Positions 11,828-22,700 of a DNA stretch of 64,000 bases are shown here, piece after piece. The stretch lies in NCBI GenBank assembly GCA_965202985.1, contig CBDBCF010000001.1:384001-448000 (forward strand), written 5' to 3'. The position numbers and the translations under genes are program-made. This DNA is from Longimicrobiales bacterium. GTDB taxonomy: Bacteria > Gemmatimonadota > Gemmatimonadetes > Longimicrobiales > Gaopeijiaceae. Position 1 is the first letter of the stretch. Each line of letters opens with the position of its first letter. The notes under the pieces were generated by a model. It was not told the DNA's origin. It did no database searches and saw nothing but the letters and a program-made list of their open reading frames with translations.

Positions 11828-12102
11828 GACGGCTGCAGCGGAGCCGGAGGGAGGCGGCTGGGAGCCCGAGAGCCGCCTGCCGGCCCACCGGGGCGCACCG
11901 CTCCCCGAACGAGGTGGTCCGGCAGGAATTGCCGGGAGCGACTAGGCGTTCTCGGCAAGAACGCGTCCATGGTCTCCCGGTCTTGCGAGAGGCGGTCGAC
12001 GCGGAGCTGATCGTAGTCGCGAATCCGGAGAACGGCGTGCGGTTGCGCCATTACGTGCCGTTCTGGGCGGTGTCCAAGGAAAGCTGAGCAGCAGCGCACC
12101 CC

Positions 12103-13956
12103 TCACAGCTCCAGCCCCCGTCCCCCGTGCGCCCTCAGGTTCGCGGCGATCTCGTCGGCGCGGCGCTTCTCCGCCTCCTCGTCGGCAGCTGCCTCGTCGG
12201 AGTTGGTGGCGAACGGCGGGAAGGGGAAGCGCACCGGGATCGGCTCGGGGACCACGGGCTGGGAGACCACCATCGTGCCCGGCATGAAGCGCGAGGCGCG
12301 GTCCCGCAGCGACGCCGTCAGGAAGCGGTAGGCGTCGGACTCGCCGGCATCCAGGCGGCCGGCCACCTTGATCGAGGCGTTCCGCGGCAAGGCCGGCGCC
12401 ACCGCCGACGCCGCCTGCTGGGCGCCCACCAGCAGCACGCCCAGCGAACGGCCCCGCTCGGCGATGTCCACCAGCAGCTCCTTGAGGGGCGAGTACCCCT
12501 GCGCCGGGGCGTACTTGTTGAGCTCGTCGAGGACCACGAAGCGGAGCGGCTCGCGGCCCGTGCCCTGCTTCTCGTCCCACACCTCGTTGAGGAGCGCGCC
12601 GACGACGAAGCGCTGGGCGTCGGCGTGCAGGGTGGAGATGTCCACCACGTGCATCCTGGCGTTCTCGCGGGAGACGGGGGTCAGGCCGCAGCCGATCAAG
12701 GGACCGACGTGCTTTCGGAGGCGCAGAATCCGGCGGAAGAACGCCTGCTGGGTGCCGCGCTGGGTGTGGCCGAACCACTGCCGCGTCACGTCGTCCTCCT
12801 CCGACGCGATCCGCTCCACCAGCTCCACGAAGTCGCCGAAGTTGCGGATCGGCCGGCCCGCGCCCGCCTGCGCCTCGTCGGGTTCGCGGGCTGCCAGCCG
12901 GTCCGGGTTGTAGCCGGTGTCGGGCGGCACTTTGTCGACGATCACCACCGCCCCGGTCTCGTCGCCGGCCAGCCGCCGGAGCCTGCGCAGCAGCTCGATC
13001 CGAAACTGCTGCTCGACGAAGCCGACCTGGGTCGAGCGCTCGTCTTCGGACGTGAAGCAGAACTGCAGGAGCTGCCGGCGGACGAACTGCTCGGGCGTCC
13101 AGCCGTAGGCTTCCACGTCGGCGGTGTTGCGGCTCCGGACGGCGGGCACGGCGCTCCCGCTCGAGTCGGACGCGCGCGGCGCATAGAGGCGCACCGACTT
13201 GAACGGTCCGGGCTCGGGCACGCCCAGCGCCTCCCACTGCTTGCGCGGCGCCCGTTCCCCGTCGGCGTCCGACTTGGCCGCGAACTCGGAGTTGGGCCGG
13301 TCGATGTGCAGCAGGTCCTCGCCCTTGGTGTTGAACACCAGCGCGCGCACGTTCTCGCGCTTGGACCGGCCGCCCAGCAGCTCCATGCCAGCCGGCGTCT
13401 CCAGCAGCTGGTAGAGCAGGAAGAGCGCATAGGACGTCTTGGTCGCGACGCCGGATATCCCCGAGATCGAGACGTGACCGCCGGAGCGCCCGTCCACGAA
13501 GCGCATGTCGGCGTAAACGGGACTGCCGCCGGCGTCGAGCCCCATGGGCAGCTTGCCGTGCTGCATCTCGTCCTCGAAGAGGGCCAGCGCTCGGTCCTCG
13601 CCGGCCGCCTTGACGACGAGCGAGCCCGCATGGGGCGAAACGAAGCGCTCGGGGACCACGCGCAGGACTCGGACCTCTGCGCGGCGCACATGCTCGGCGG
13701 GGAGCGTGTTGTCGGCGAAGCGCCCGGTGTCCGAAGGGAACTCGGCGCCCTCCAGCCGCGAGAACAGCTCGGTGACGATCCCGTAGTGGGCGACTTGGTC
13801 TCCGTCCGGCAGCTCGGTGGCGACCGAGACCAGGTCGTCCAGCTGCACCACCTTGTCGGAGTCGAGGACGACGTGGAAGGTGCGCGAGTCGCTGTCGGTG
13901 GAGCCGTCGACAAGGCCGATCCGGTGCGGGGCGTCGGCGGTTGGGGACCGGGTCAT
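12103..13956 (-). CDS. herA: HerA-like helicase/translocase ATPase (DUF87 family)
   Basis: HAS-barrel-like N-terminus, atypical Walker A 'GHVSISGISGVATKT', 'FNTKGEDL', Walker B 'VVLDELNKYAP', 'DIAERGRSLGV..GAQQ'. ATG overlaps the nurA stop (ATGA). Confidence 0.88.
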   Translation of the reverse strand: MTRSPTADAPHRIGLVDGSTDSDSRTFHVVLDSDKVVQLDDLVSVATELPDGDQVAHYGIVTELFSRLEGAEFPSDTGRFADNTLPAEHVRRAEVRVLRVVPERFVSPHAGSLVVKAAGEDRALALFEDEMQHGKLPMGLDAGGSPVYADMRFVDGRSGGHVSISGISGVATKTSYALFLLYQLLETPAGMELLGGRSKRENVRALVFNTKGEDLLHIDRPNSEFAAKSDADGERAPRKQWEALGVPEPGPFKSVRLYAPRASDSSGSAVPAVRSRNTADVEAYGWTPEQFVRRQLLQFCFTSEDERSTQVGFVEQQFRIELLRRLRRLAGDETGAVVIVDKVPPDTGYNPDRLAAREPDEAQAGAGRPIRNFGDFVELVERIASEEDDVTRQWFGHTQRGTQQAFFRRILRLRKHVGPLIGCGLTPVSRENARMHVVDISTLHADAQRFVVGALLNEVWDEKQGTGREPLRFVVLDELNKYAPAQGYSPLKELLVDIAERGRSLGVLLVGAQQAASAVAPALPRNASIKVAGRLDAGESDAYRFLTASLRDRASRFMPGTMVVSQPVVPEPIPVRFPFPPFATNSDEAAADEEAEKRRADEIAANLRAHGGRGLEL

Positions 13957-14978
13957 GGTCGTTGTGCGGGCTCGGGGTGGGGTTGGTTGAGGCGGCGGAC
14001 GACTTCGCGAACAGCGCGCTGGGCCATGCGGGCGCTGCCCAGCAGGCGACGGAGGCGGCGTTCCAGCCCGGCGACGGGCGTCAGGTTGACCGGGGCGCGG
14101 GCGTCTCGATGGAGGGCGGGAACGAACTGAGGAAGCCAGCCGGCCGCTTCGTCCACCACGGCGATTGCGGCGTCGCGTCCGCCCTCGGCGGGAACCTCCA
14201 GCCGCGCGATCCCAGCCCATGCGCCCGCCCACGGCCCGGCCGACCCGACCCGCAGGTAGCAGGCGTACAGCCCCACCTTGGTCCGGAAGAGGCTGGAGCG
14301 CTCGCCGGGGGCCAGCCCGGGTACCATCCGCCACTGCTCCAGGGCGAGCATCCGGCGGTGATGCGTCTTGACGTAGCCGACCAGGCCCGTGCGGGCGTCC
14401 GCGTCGCGCCCGCCGCCGTTGCGGCCCGCGGCCAAGCCGCGCCGGACGGGGTGGAGGGGGCCGTCGAAGACCGTGAGCCGGCCCTCGCCGGAGAGCCGCT
14501 CGGCGATCCTCGCCTCCTGCGCCCGCATCGTGTCGCGCAGGTGGTGGCGGGCCGCGTCCAGGTCCTCCCCCTCGACGGCGAACGGCGCCCAGGACCAGCC
14601 GGCGTCGTGAGGCGGAAGCGCGACCGGTTCTCCGCCGGCGAACACGACCGCGCGGCCCGTGGTCGCACATGCAATCTCCATGGGCCGGTCCTGCTCCGCC
14701 AGCGCGGCGCCCGCCCCCCAGCTTCCCGCCAATCCCATGCGCGTCTCGCCCTCCGCGCCGGTTCGGGTCAGCCGCGCCTCGATCCGCATGACGCCGTCCA
14801 CGAAGCACAGCCGTCGGGGCCGCTGGGCAAGGGGCGGCCTGTGCGCACGAAAGTCGCCCCCGTCCTCCACCACCTCGCACTCCAAGGCTTCGGGCGCGTC
14901 TTCCTGGGCCTCGAACCCCGCGCCGTGGCTTATCTCGAAAGGCTCCACGCCGATGGAGGGGGTTGTGGCCGGCGTCAA
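13953..14978 (-). CDS. nurA: NurA-like 5'-3' nuclease (RNase H fold)
   Basis: 'LCFVDGVMR', 'TVFDGPL', 'GYVKTH', 'YLRV', 'RAPVNLTPVAGLE..L'. Coupled to herA; start taken as TTG 14978. Confidence 0.8.
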   Translation of the reverse strand: MTPATTPSIGVEPFEISHGAGFEAQEDAPEALECEVVEDGGDFRAHRPPLAQRPRRLCFVDGVMRIEARLTRTGAEGETRMGLAGSWGAGAALAEQDRPMEIACATTGRAVVFAGGEPVALPPHDAGWSWAPFAVEGEDLDAARHHLRDTMRAQEARIAERLSGEGRLTVFDGPLHPVRRGLAAGRNGGGRDADARTGLVGYVKTHHRRMLALEQWRMVPGLAPGERSSLFRTKVGLYACYLRVGSAGPWAGAWAGIARLEVPAEGGRDAAIAVVDEAAGWLPQFVPALHRDARAPVNLTPVAGLERRLRRLLGSARMAQRAVREVVRRLNQPHPEPAQRP

Positions 14979-14979
14979 G

Positions 14980-16519
14980 TCACGCGCCCCAGACCGCAAT
15001 CTCCATCCCGTTCCGGGCCGTCCGGCTTTTCCGAAACACCTTCTCCTTCCAGCTGCGCTCCTGGCTTCGGTCGAAGACGACCAAGTGCCCCGCCTCCGCT
15101 CCGCAGCGGTCCATGTACGCCGCCGTCTGTTCCACGCCTTCCGCCACCGTCCGCTCCAGACTCCGGCGCTCGTGCCGCACCTTGCACGTACTTGCGCACC
15201 ACCTCGCCCTCCGGCCACTCGATCAGCAGGTCCGCCCGCCGGCGGCCCAGGCCGTGTTCGCGCTCGACCCGCCCGCCGCTGTTCACGACGCGTTGCAGGA
15301 ACGCCTGCAAGAGCAGTTGCGGCCCCGCCTCCTTGTACTCGAAGCGCTCGATCCAGCTCTCCGCGTTCTCTCGAAAGAACTCCTGGAACCGGGCCAGCAA
15401 CTTCTCCAGCCGCAGTCCGCCTTCGGCATCCACGAACCACGCCGGATCGTCCCGAATCTTCAGTTGGGTGGGCCACGTGAGCTGCCGGGGCACCACCTCC
15501 GCGTAGATCGGGTTGGCCATGCGCAGCGGCGCGTCGCGGGCGATCAGCCCCAAGTCCTGCGCGTATTCGATGTCGTCGGCAGTGGACTCGAAGCCGTCGC
15601 CACCGACCAACAGCGGCTCGATCACGCGTCGCACCCGGTTCTCGCGCAACTTGTCCGTCAGCTGGTCCAGGTGCGTGTCGCGACGCAGGATCAGCCTCTC
15701 CGTGGCCTCCAGCACGTCCGCCTCGGTCACGGCACGCGAACGGTCCGTCGCCAAGTCGCCCCGGAAGCATGTCTCGTAGGCCAGCGCGTTGACCAGCCAC
15801 GGCTGGCCTTGGGTCTGGGCCCACATCGCCTCCAGCGCGCCGTCGGCAAACGACTGGCCCGTCTCCTCGACGTGCTGCCCGAGGAGCGCGCGCACTTCGT
15901 CCCGCGAGAAGTCGTCCATGCGCAAGGACTCGGCCTTGATGTTGAACGCGCTGCCGCCGGCGACCATCGTATTCGCCGAACGAACCCCGCACAAGACCAC
16001 GCTCTGGGGAAACCGCTCGGGCCGGTGCGGATAGTCCGCGCGCAGCTGCCGCAACACGGACAACAGCGAATCGCCCACCAGCGCGTCGATTTCGTCGATC
16101 AGCAGCACCAGCGGCTTGTCTTCGGCTTGAGCCCAGCGCGACAACGCCTCGCCCAGCGCACCGGACCCGTGTTCGGCGAAGATTCCGGGCCACGCCTTCG
16201 TCAGATACTCGTCGCCCGTCCGTCTGGCCTGGCGGGCCATTTGACTCAAGATCACCTGCGTCGCCGCCTTCACGTCGTCGCGCATCGCCTGGCCGGCTTC
16301 CACGTTGACGTAGACGCAACGGTACTCTCCTTCCGTGTTCAACAGGGCCTGGAGCGCCAGCAACGCCCACGTCTTCCCCGTCTGTCGGGGCGCGTGAAGC
16401 ACGAAGTACCGCCGCAGATCGATCAGTTGCCGAAGTTCGGCAAGGCTCAATCGGGCAAGCGGCGGGATGCAGTAGTGGTCCTCCACCGTCACCGGACCGG
16501 ACGTGTTGAAGTAGCGCAC
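14980..16519 (-). pseudogene. AAA-family ATPase with C-terminal PD-(D/E)xK-like domain, frameshifted; paralogue of 55499-57109
   Basis: 'RYFNTSGP', 'HAPRQTGKT', 'LLIDEID'. Versus the paralogue it lacks 'DVRDYRIRSG' (~15980) and shifts frame at ~15185, where 'VIECK' is lost; the C-terminus continues in ORF 14980-15180. Confidence 0.85.
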
Positions 16520-16738
16520 CCCCTGTACCCCCCTGCTTCCTGGATTCGCTAATCCTGCCGACCGCGCCCGTCGCAGGTCAAGAGGAAATCGCGCGTCGTG
16601 GCCGACGGTCGCGCCGCTCGCCATCGGCTTCGGCCTGTTGGCCGAGTGCAAAGGCAAGATAGGCGACGAGGCCCGCAACCGGTGGAAGGGGCTGCCCACG
16701 ATCGGGGACGGGCAATCCGCAACCGGGACACCCTAGAG

Positions 16739-19700
16739 CTAGAAGACGATCCTGCCCGAGAGGCCGATGCGGTGTTCCGGGGGCTGGACGCCGCTGGCGA
16801 CGTGCTCGCCGAACAGGTCCATCATCAGGCGCAGGCCGGGGCCGGGGGCCGCGGGCTCCTGGCCGGTGGTCAAGCCGCCCAGCAACGACCAGCGCGTCCC
16901 CACGTTCACGCGTTGGCCCGTCGGTCCCTCGCGGCTCCACCGTCCGAACGGCTTGACCTGGGTGCCGCCGGGCAGCAGCACCCCGTAGCCGACCTCCATC
17001 GCCACGCGATCGGGCGTCCAGCTGGGTGCTCCCTGTGCCGACGCTTCGCCCTGGCTCTGGCGGAACTCCGGGCTTGCCGGGATGTTCGCGCCGACCGGCC
17101 GCGCAATCCGGCCCGGCGCGCCGAAGCCGCCCGCGCCCGCGGTCCGCCACACGTCGGCGCCCCCCTGCCACAGCGTCCGCGCGCCGCCCCCGGCGTCGCC
17201 CCACGTCGGCTCGACCGAGAACGACAGCCCGCCGCCCTCGCCCTCGCCGCCCCCGCCCGGCTGCAACCTCAGCGAGAACCCCGCGCCCCAGTCCTTGAAG
17301 TCGCGCTCCTGGTGCACCAGCAGCGCACGGCCTCGCGCCGTCACGCTGAACCCGCTGGCCTGATGCGCCAACCCCACCTCGGCACCCGCCTCCGCCCCCA
17401 TCCCCGTCTCCGCGTCGCCACCGTCGAAGCGACCTCCCACCTCGAACCGCGTCCGCATCGCCAGCCCGCCGCCCAGCTGCCACTGGCCGCCGATCTCCGG
17501 CGCCAGACGCACGCGCTGCGCGTCCGCCGTCACGCCCGCCAGCCCCGCCACCTCGTCCGACAAGATGCGCACCGCGAAAGCGTCCGCCTTCAGCGCCAAC
17601 CCGCCGGTCAGCTCCTGGCGCACGCCCAGCGCACCCATGCGCATCTCCAAGTCCGTGTCGAAACGACCGCCCGCCGACTCATCGAGCGTCGCGTCGCCCC
17701 GGCCCGCGCCCGCCAAGCCCCACACGCCGAACCCGCCGCTGGACGACCAGTGCAGGTAGGGGTACAGGCTGGTCAGGCGAGCGTCCACCGAGCCCGCGCC
17801 ATTGATCCGGCTGTCGAAGCCGGCCTCCATGTCGCTGCGCGAGCCCGCCAAGCCCATTAGCACGCCCGACGCGAACCGGTAGTCCAGCCCCAAGTAGGCG
17901 GAGCGCGTGCGACCGTCCATGGCGAAGCCGTCTTGGGGACGACCCTCGAACTCGCCCAGGTTCGCCTGGCCCCACACCGTCCAGCCCGACCGGACAGCAG
18001 CCTGCGACGAGACGGAGGCGCCGGCCGGGCCGGCGTCCGCCGCGCCGGTCGAGCCGCCGAACGACAGCTGGAACGAGCTTTGCGAGCGCATGCCGCGGGC
18101 GTCGACGGGGTTGAACGTCAGGCCGCCGGTGCGGTCGGCGCGCCCGGCGTCGGCTTGCTGTTGGCCCTGGTAGGCGCCGCCCATGCCGGCCATGCCGCCG
18201 GCGCTGCCCGCGCCCGGACGGCTCCGGCCGTCGCCGAACAGCAGCGCGGCCAAGTCGACAGTCCCGCCGGCCGCGTCCGGCGAGCCGGGGTGCGCGATCT
18301 GCAGCCCCAGCAGGCCCGTCGCGCCCCGCACCAGCGACTCGAGCCCGCACTCGCCCGAGCCGACAGCGGCGCTGTTGCTCTCGCCGTCGTCGGCTTGGCC
18401 GTCCGCAGCGTTCGCAGCGCCGCCGAAGCCGCTTGCCCCGACCGCGCCGCAGGCCAGCGAGCGCCCGCCGAGCTGCACGTGCGACCGGCCCAGCGCGCCC
18501 GACGACCCCAGCCCCAACCGCCCGCCGATCGCCTCCACCGTCTCCGTGCCCAGCGACCGGCCGAACGCCGCCAGCGTCAGCTCCAACGCACGCGCACGCT
18601 CCGACCGCGACGCATCCACCGTCACGCGCACCTGCTGCACCGCCGACAACCCGCCCGGATCACTCGCTCGTACCGTCACCACAGCCTCGCCGATCGCCTG
18701 CGGCGCGATCGACAACCGGCCCGCGCCCGTCACCGTCGCATCCGCCACACTCGGCGACGACGACTCGACCGCGTACGCCAGCGCGTCGCCGTCCGGGTCC
18801 CGGAAGTACCGACCCAACTCCTCTTCCACAGCGTCGCCGTACGCCTCGAGCGTCTTCGGCGACATCGCGCCCACGGCCTCCGGGCCCTCGTTCACGTCCA
18901 GCAGCGTCACTGTCACCGCCGCCTCGGCCGTCAGTCCGCCCGCGTCCATCGCCCGCACCGTCAGCGCGAACGCCGGCGGACCCGCCTCGTAGTCCTCGCC
19001 CGCGCCCACGTAGCGCACCTCGCCCGTAACGGCGTCCATCTCGAACCGTGCGGCGTCGCCTTCGGCCAAGCTGTACGCCGGCGCGTCGCCGCGGTCGGGG
19101 TCCGTCGCTTCGACCACGCCCAGCGTCAGCGGCCCGGCAGCGTTCTCCGCCAGCTCGAAAGCGTATGCGGAGTCCGCGAACGCCGGCGCTTCGTTCACGT
19201 CCAGCAGCGCGACCGTCGCAACCGCGCGCGCCGCCAGTCCCTCGCCGTCGGTCGCCACCACCTCGAACTCCCAGGACGCCGGGCCCGCCTCGTAGTCCTC
19301 GCCCGCGCCCGCGTACCGCACCTCGCCCGTCGCAGCGTCCACCTCGAAGAGCGCCGCGTCTTCGCCCGACAGGCTGTACACGAGCGTGTCCGCTCGGTCC
19401 GGGTCCGCCGCCTCGACCATCCCCAGAACCAACGGTCCGGCGACGTTCTCCTCGAACTCCCACTCGTAGCGCTCCGCAGCGAACACGGGCGCCTCGTTGC
19501 GGTCCAGCAGCGCCACCACCACGACCGCCGATGCCGCGATGCCGCCGCGGTCCGTCGCACGGACCTCGAGCACCCAGCTCTCCGGGCCCGTCTCCGCGTC
19601 CTCGCCTGCGCCCACGTACCGCACCTCGCCCGTAACAGCGTCCACCTCGAACCGCTCGGCGTCGCCTTCGGCCAAGCTGTACGCAGGCGGATCGTCGCGG

Positions 19701-22700
19701 TCCGGGTCCGTCGCCCGCACGACGCCCAGAACCAACGGTCCCGCGACGTTCTCCGCCAGCTCGAACGCATATGCGCTGTCGACGAACGACGGCGCCTCGT
19801 TCACGTCCGCAACCGCCACCGTCGCCGTCGTCCGCGCCGTACGGCCCACCAGGTCCGTCGCCGTCGCCTCCAAACGCCACATGCCTACGCTCGTCTCGTA
19901 GTCCTCGCCTCCGCCAACGTACCGCAACTCGCCCGTTTCCCCGTCCAGCTCGAACCGCTCGCGATCGCCCGCCACCAGCGCGTAAGTCAGGGTGTCGCCC
20001 TCGTCCGGGTCCACAGCCTCCAACACGCCCAGCACCAACGGTCCCGCAGCGTCCTCCGCCAGCTCGAACCGCCAACCGTCCTCGACGAACGACGGCGCCT
20101 CGTCGTTCTCGTTCACGACCTTCACCATCACCTTCGCCAAAGTCTCGAGCTGCTCGCCCTCGCCCACGCCGCCCGTCACCGCCACCACCAGCATCACGTA
20201 CTCCGAACGCTGCTCCGCGTCCTCGCCACCGCCAACGTAAGTCACCACGCCGCTCGACACGTCCACCTCGAACAGCCCCTCGCCTCCGCTCTCCAACCCG
20301 TAGCGCATCTCGGCGCCCAACGGACTCGTCGCGACCACCTCGCCCAGCGGCAGCGGGCCCGCAACGTTCTCCGCCAACTCGAACTCGTACTCCAACCGAC
20401 CGAACACCGGGTCCAGGCTGCCCGCGCCGTTCACCGCGTGGTCCGTCAAGTCCGTCACTGCGTGCGCGCCCAGGTCCAGCGCCGCGAGCGTCGTGCCGCC
20501 CGCGATCCGCAGCGCGCCCGCAGCCTCGGCCAGCGCGTCCGTCGGGATGCTGATCCCGTCCGGGTCCCGGTCCGCCGGACGGACCACGTACTCGAACGCC
20601 AACACCGCAGTGCCCGAGCCCGACACGTAGCGCGCGTGCCGCGTCGTGCCGCCCACGTCGAGCGCCAGCCGCGCCGCTGCCGTGTTCGCAGCCGTCGCGG
20701 CCGACATCGACGCCGCCAGCGCCGGCGACGACGACGCGCCCGCCACATCGACCGGCCGGCTGAACGTCACCTCGACACGGATCACGCCGCCCGCGCCGTA
20801 CAGTCCCGTCGCCACAGGCTCGCTCGTCACCGCCACGCCCACCACCACCGGCGCGACCTCGACCGTACCGTCCACCTTGTCGTTCGCCGCAGCCGCAATC
20901 GCATGCGCGCCCAGCGCCAGCGTCGCCGGACGAACGCCGTCCGCCGTGTTCACGATCGTACCGCCGTTCAGCGTCAGCGCAGCAGCCGCAACGCCGATGC
21001 CGTCCGCGTCCGCGTCCACGCCGCCCGTACCGCTGCCGCCGCTGCCCGCGCCCTGCACACGGTACGCGAACGACAGCGTCGCCGTGCCGCTGCCGCCCGC
21101 GTAGCTCGCTTGACGCGCCACCGCGCCCACCGTCAGCGCCAGCTCAGGCGCGCCCGTCACCGTCACCGCACGGTCGAACGTCACCTGAACCTCGATCCGT
21201 TCGCCCAGCCCGTAGGTGTCCCCGCTCTCCGGCGCGCTCGACACCGCTACGCCCGTCACCGACGCGCCCGCCAGCGTACCGTCCACCTTGTGGCCAGCAG
21301 CCGCGCTCAACGCATGGCTGCCCAGCCCCAACGCCGCCGCCGTCGTGCCGTCGCGGGCATCCGCGATCGCGCCGCTGTTCAGCGCCAGCGCGCTCGCGCC
21401 GACCTCGATCCCATCCGCGTCCGCGTCCGCAGCCACCACCGTGTAGCGGAACGTCAGCGCCCGCGTGCCCGTCCCGCTCGCGTAGTCCGCCTGCCGCGTC
21501 TGCGCGCCCACCGTCAGCGCCACCCGAGGCGTCCCCGTCACCGTCACCGGACGGTTGAACGTCACCTGCACCTCGATCGACTCGTCGCGGCCGTACGTCG
21601 TCGCCACCGCAGGCGAACTCGTCAGCGACACGCCCGACACCGACGCCGCCGTGAACGTACCGCCCGCAACCTTGTGATCCGCGCTGTTCGTCACCGCGTG
21701 CGTCCCCAGCCCCAGAACCGCGTCCACCGTCCCGCCCGCCACGTCGATCGTCCCGCCGTTCAGCGCCAGCGCGCTCGCCGCGATGCTGATGCCGTCCGCG
21801 TCCGCGTCCGCAGTCACCACCACGTACCGGAACACCAGCGACGCCGTGCCCGTGCCCGAAGCGTACGACGCCTGCTTCGTCGTGCTGCCGATCCCCAACG
21901 CCAGCTGCGGCGTGCCCGTCACGTCCACCGCCTTGTTGAACACCACCGTCGCAACCACCGTGTCGCCTCGTTCGAACGTGTCGCCGATCGGCGGCGACGC
22001 GATCGACACGCCGCTCACGCCCGGCGGGCCCTGAGTGCCGTCCACCCGATGGCTGCCGCTGTTCGATATCGCATGGCCGCCCAACCCCAGGCTCGCAGCC
22101 TCGTTCGCGTCGCGAGCGTCCGCGATCGTCCCGCCGTTCAGCGACAACGCGCTCGCGCCGATGCTCAACCCGTTCCCGTCCGCGTCCGCTGCCACCACCG
22201 TGTACGCGAACGACAGCACGCGGCCGCCCGTCGTCGTCACGTACGACGCCTGCCGCGTCTGCGTACCGATCGTCAGCGCCAGCTCGGGCGACCCCGTCAC
22301 CGCCACGTTGCGGTTGAACGTCACATCGACACCGATCTCCTCGCTCAATCCGTACGTGCCGCCGCCCGCCGGACTGCTCGTTATCGTCGCGCCCGACACC
22401 GACGCCGCCGTGAACGTCCCGCCAGCTACGCGCAGTGCGCCGTCGTCGTCGATCGCATGATGCTCCAGGCTCAGCAAGGCGTCCGTCGCACCGCCCGCCA
22501 CGTCGATCGTCCCGCCGTTCAGCGCCAACGCGCTCGCGCCGATGCTCAACCCGTCCGCGTCCGCGTCCGCCGTCGCCACCACGTACCGGAACACCAACGC
22601 CGCCGTCCCCGTCCCCGACGCATACGCAGCCTGACGCGTCTGCGAACCAATCCCCAGCGCCAGCCGCGGCCCGCCCGTCACGTCCACCGCCTTGTTGAAC

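Noticed and set aside
11710..12099. 129-aa ORF in the herA-sbcD gap
   Set aside because: No recognisable motif or RBS, and it runs through the repeat/promoter elements; a remnant cannot be excluded.
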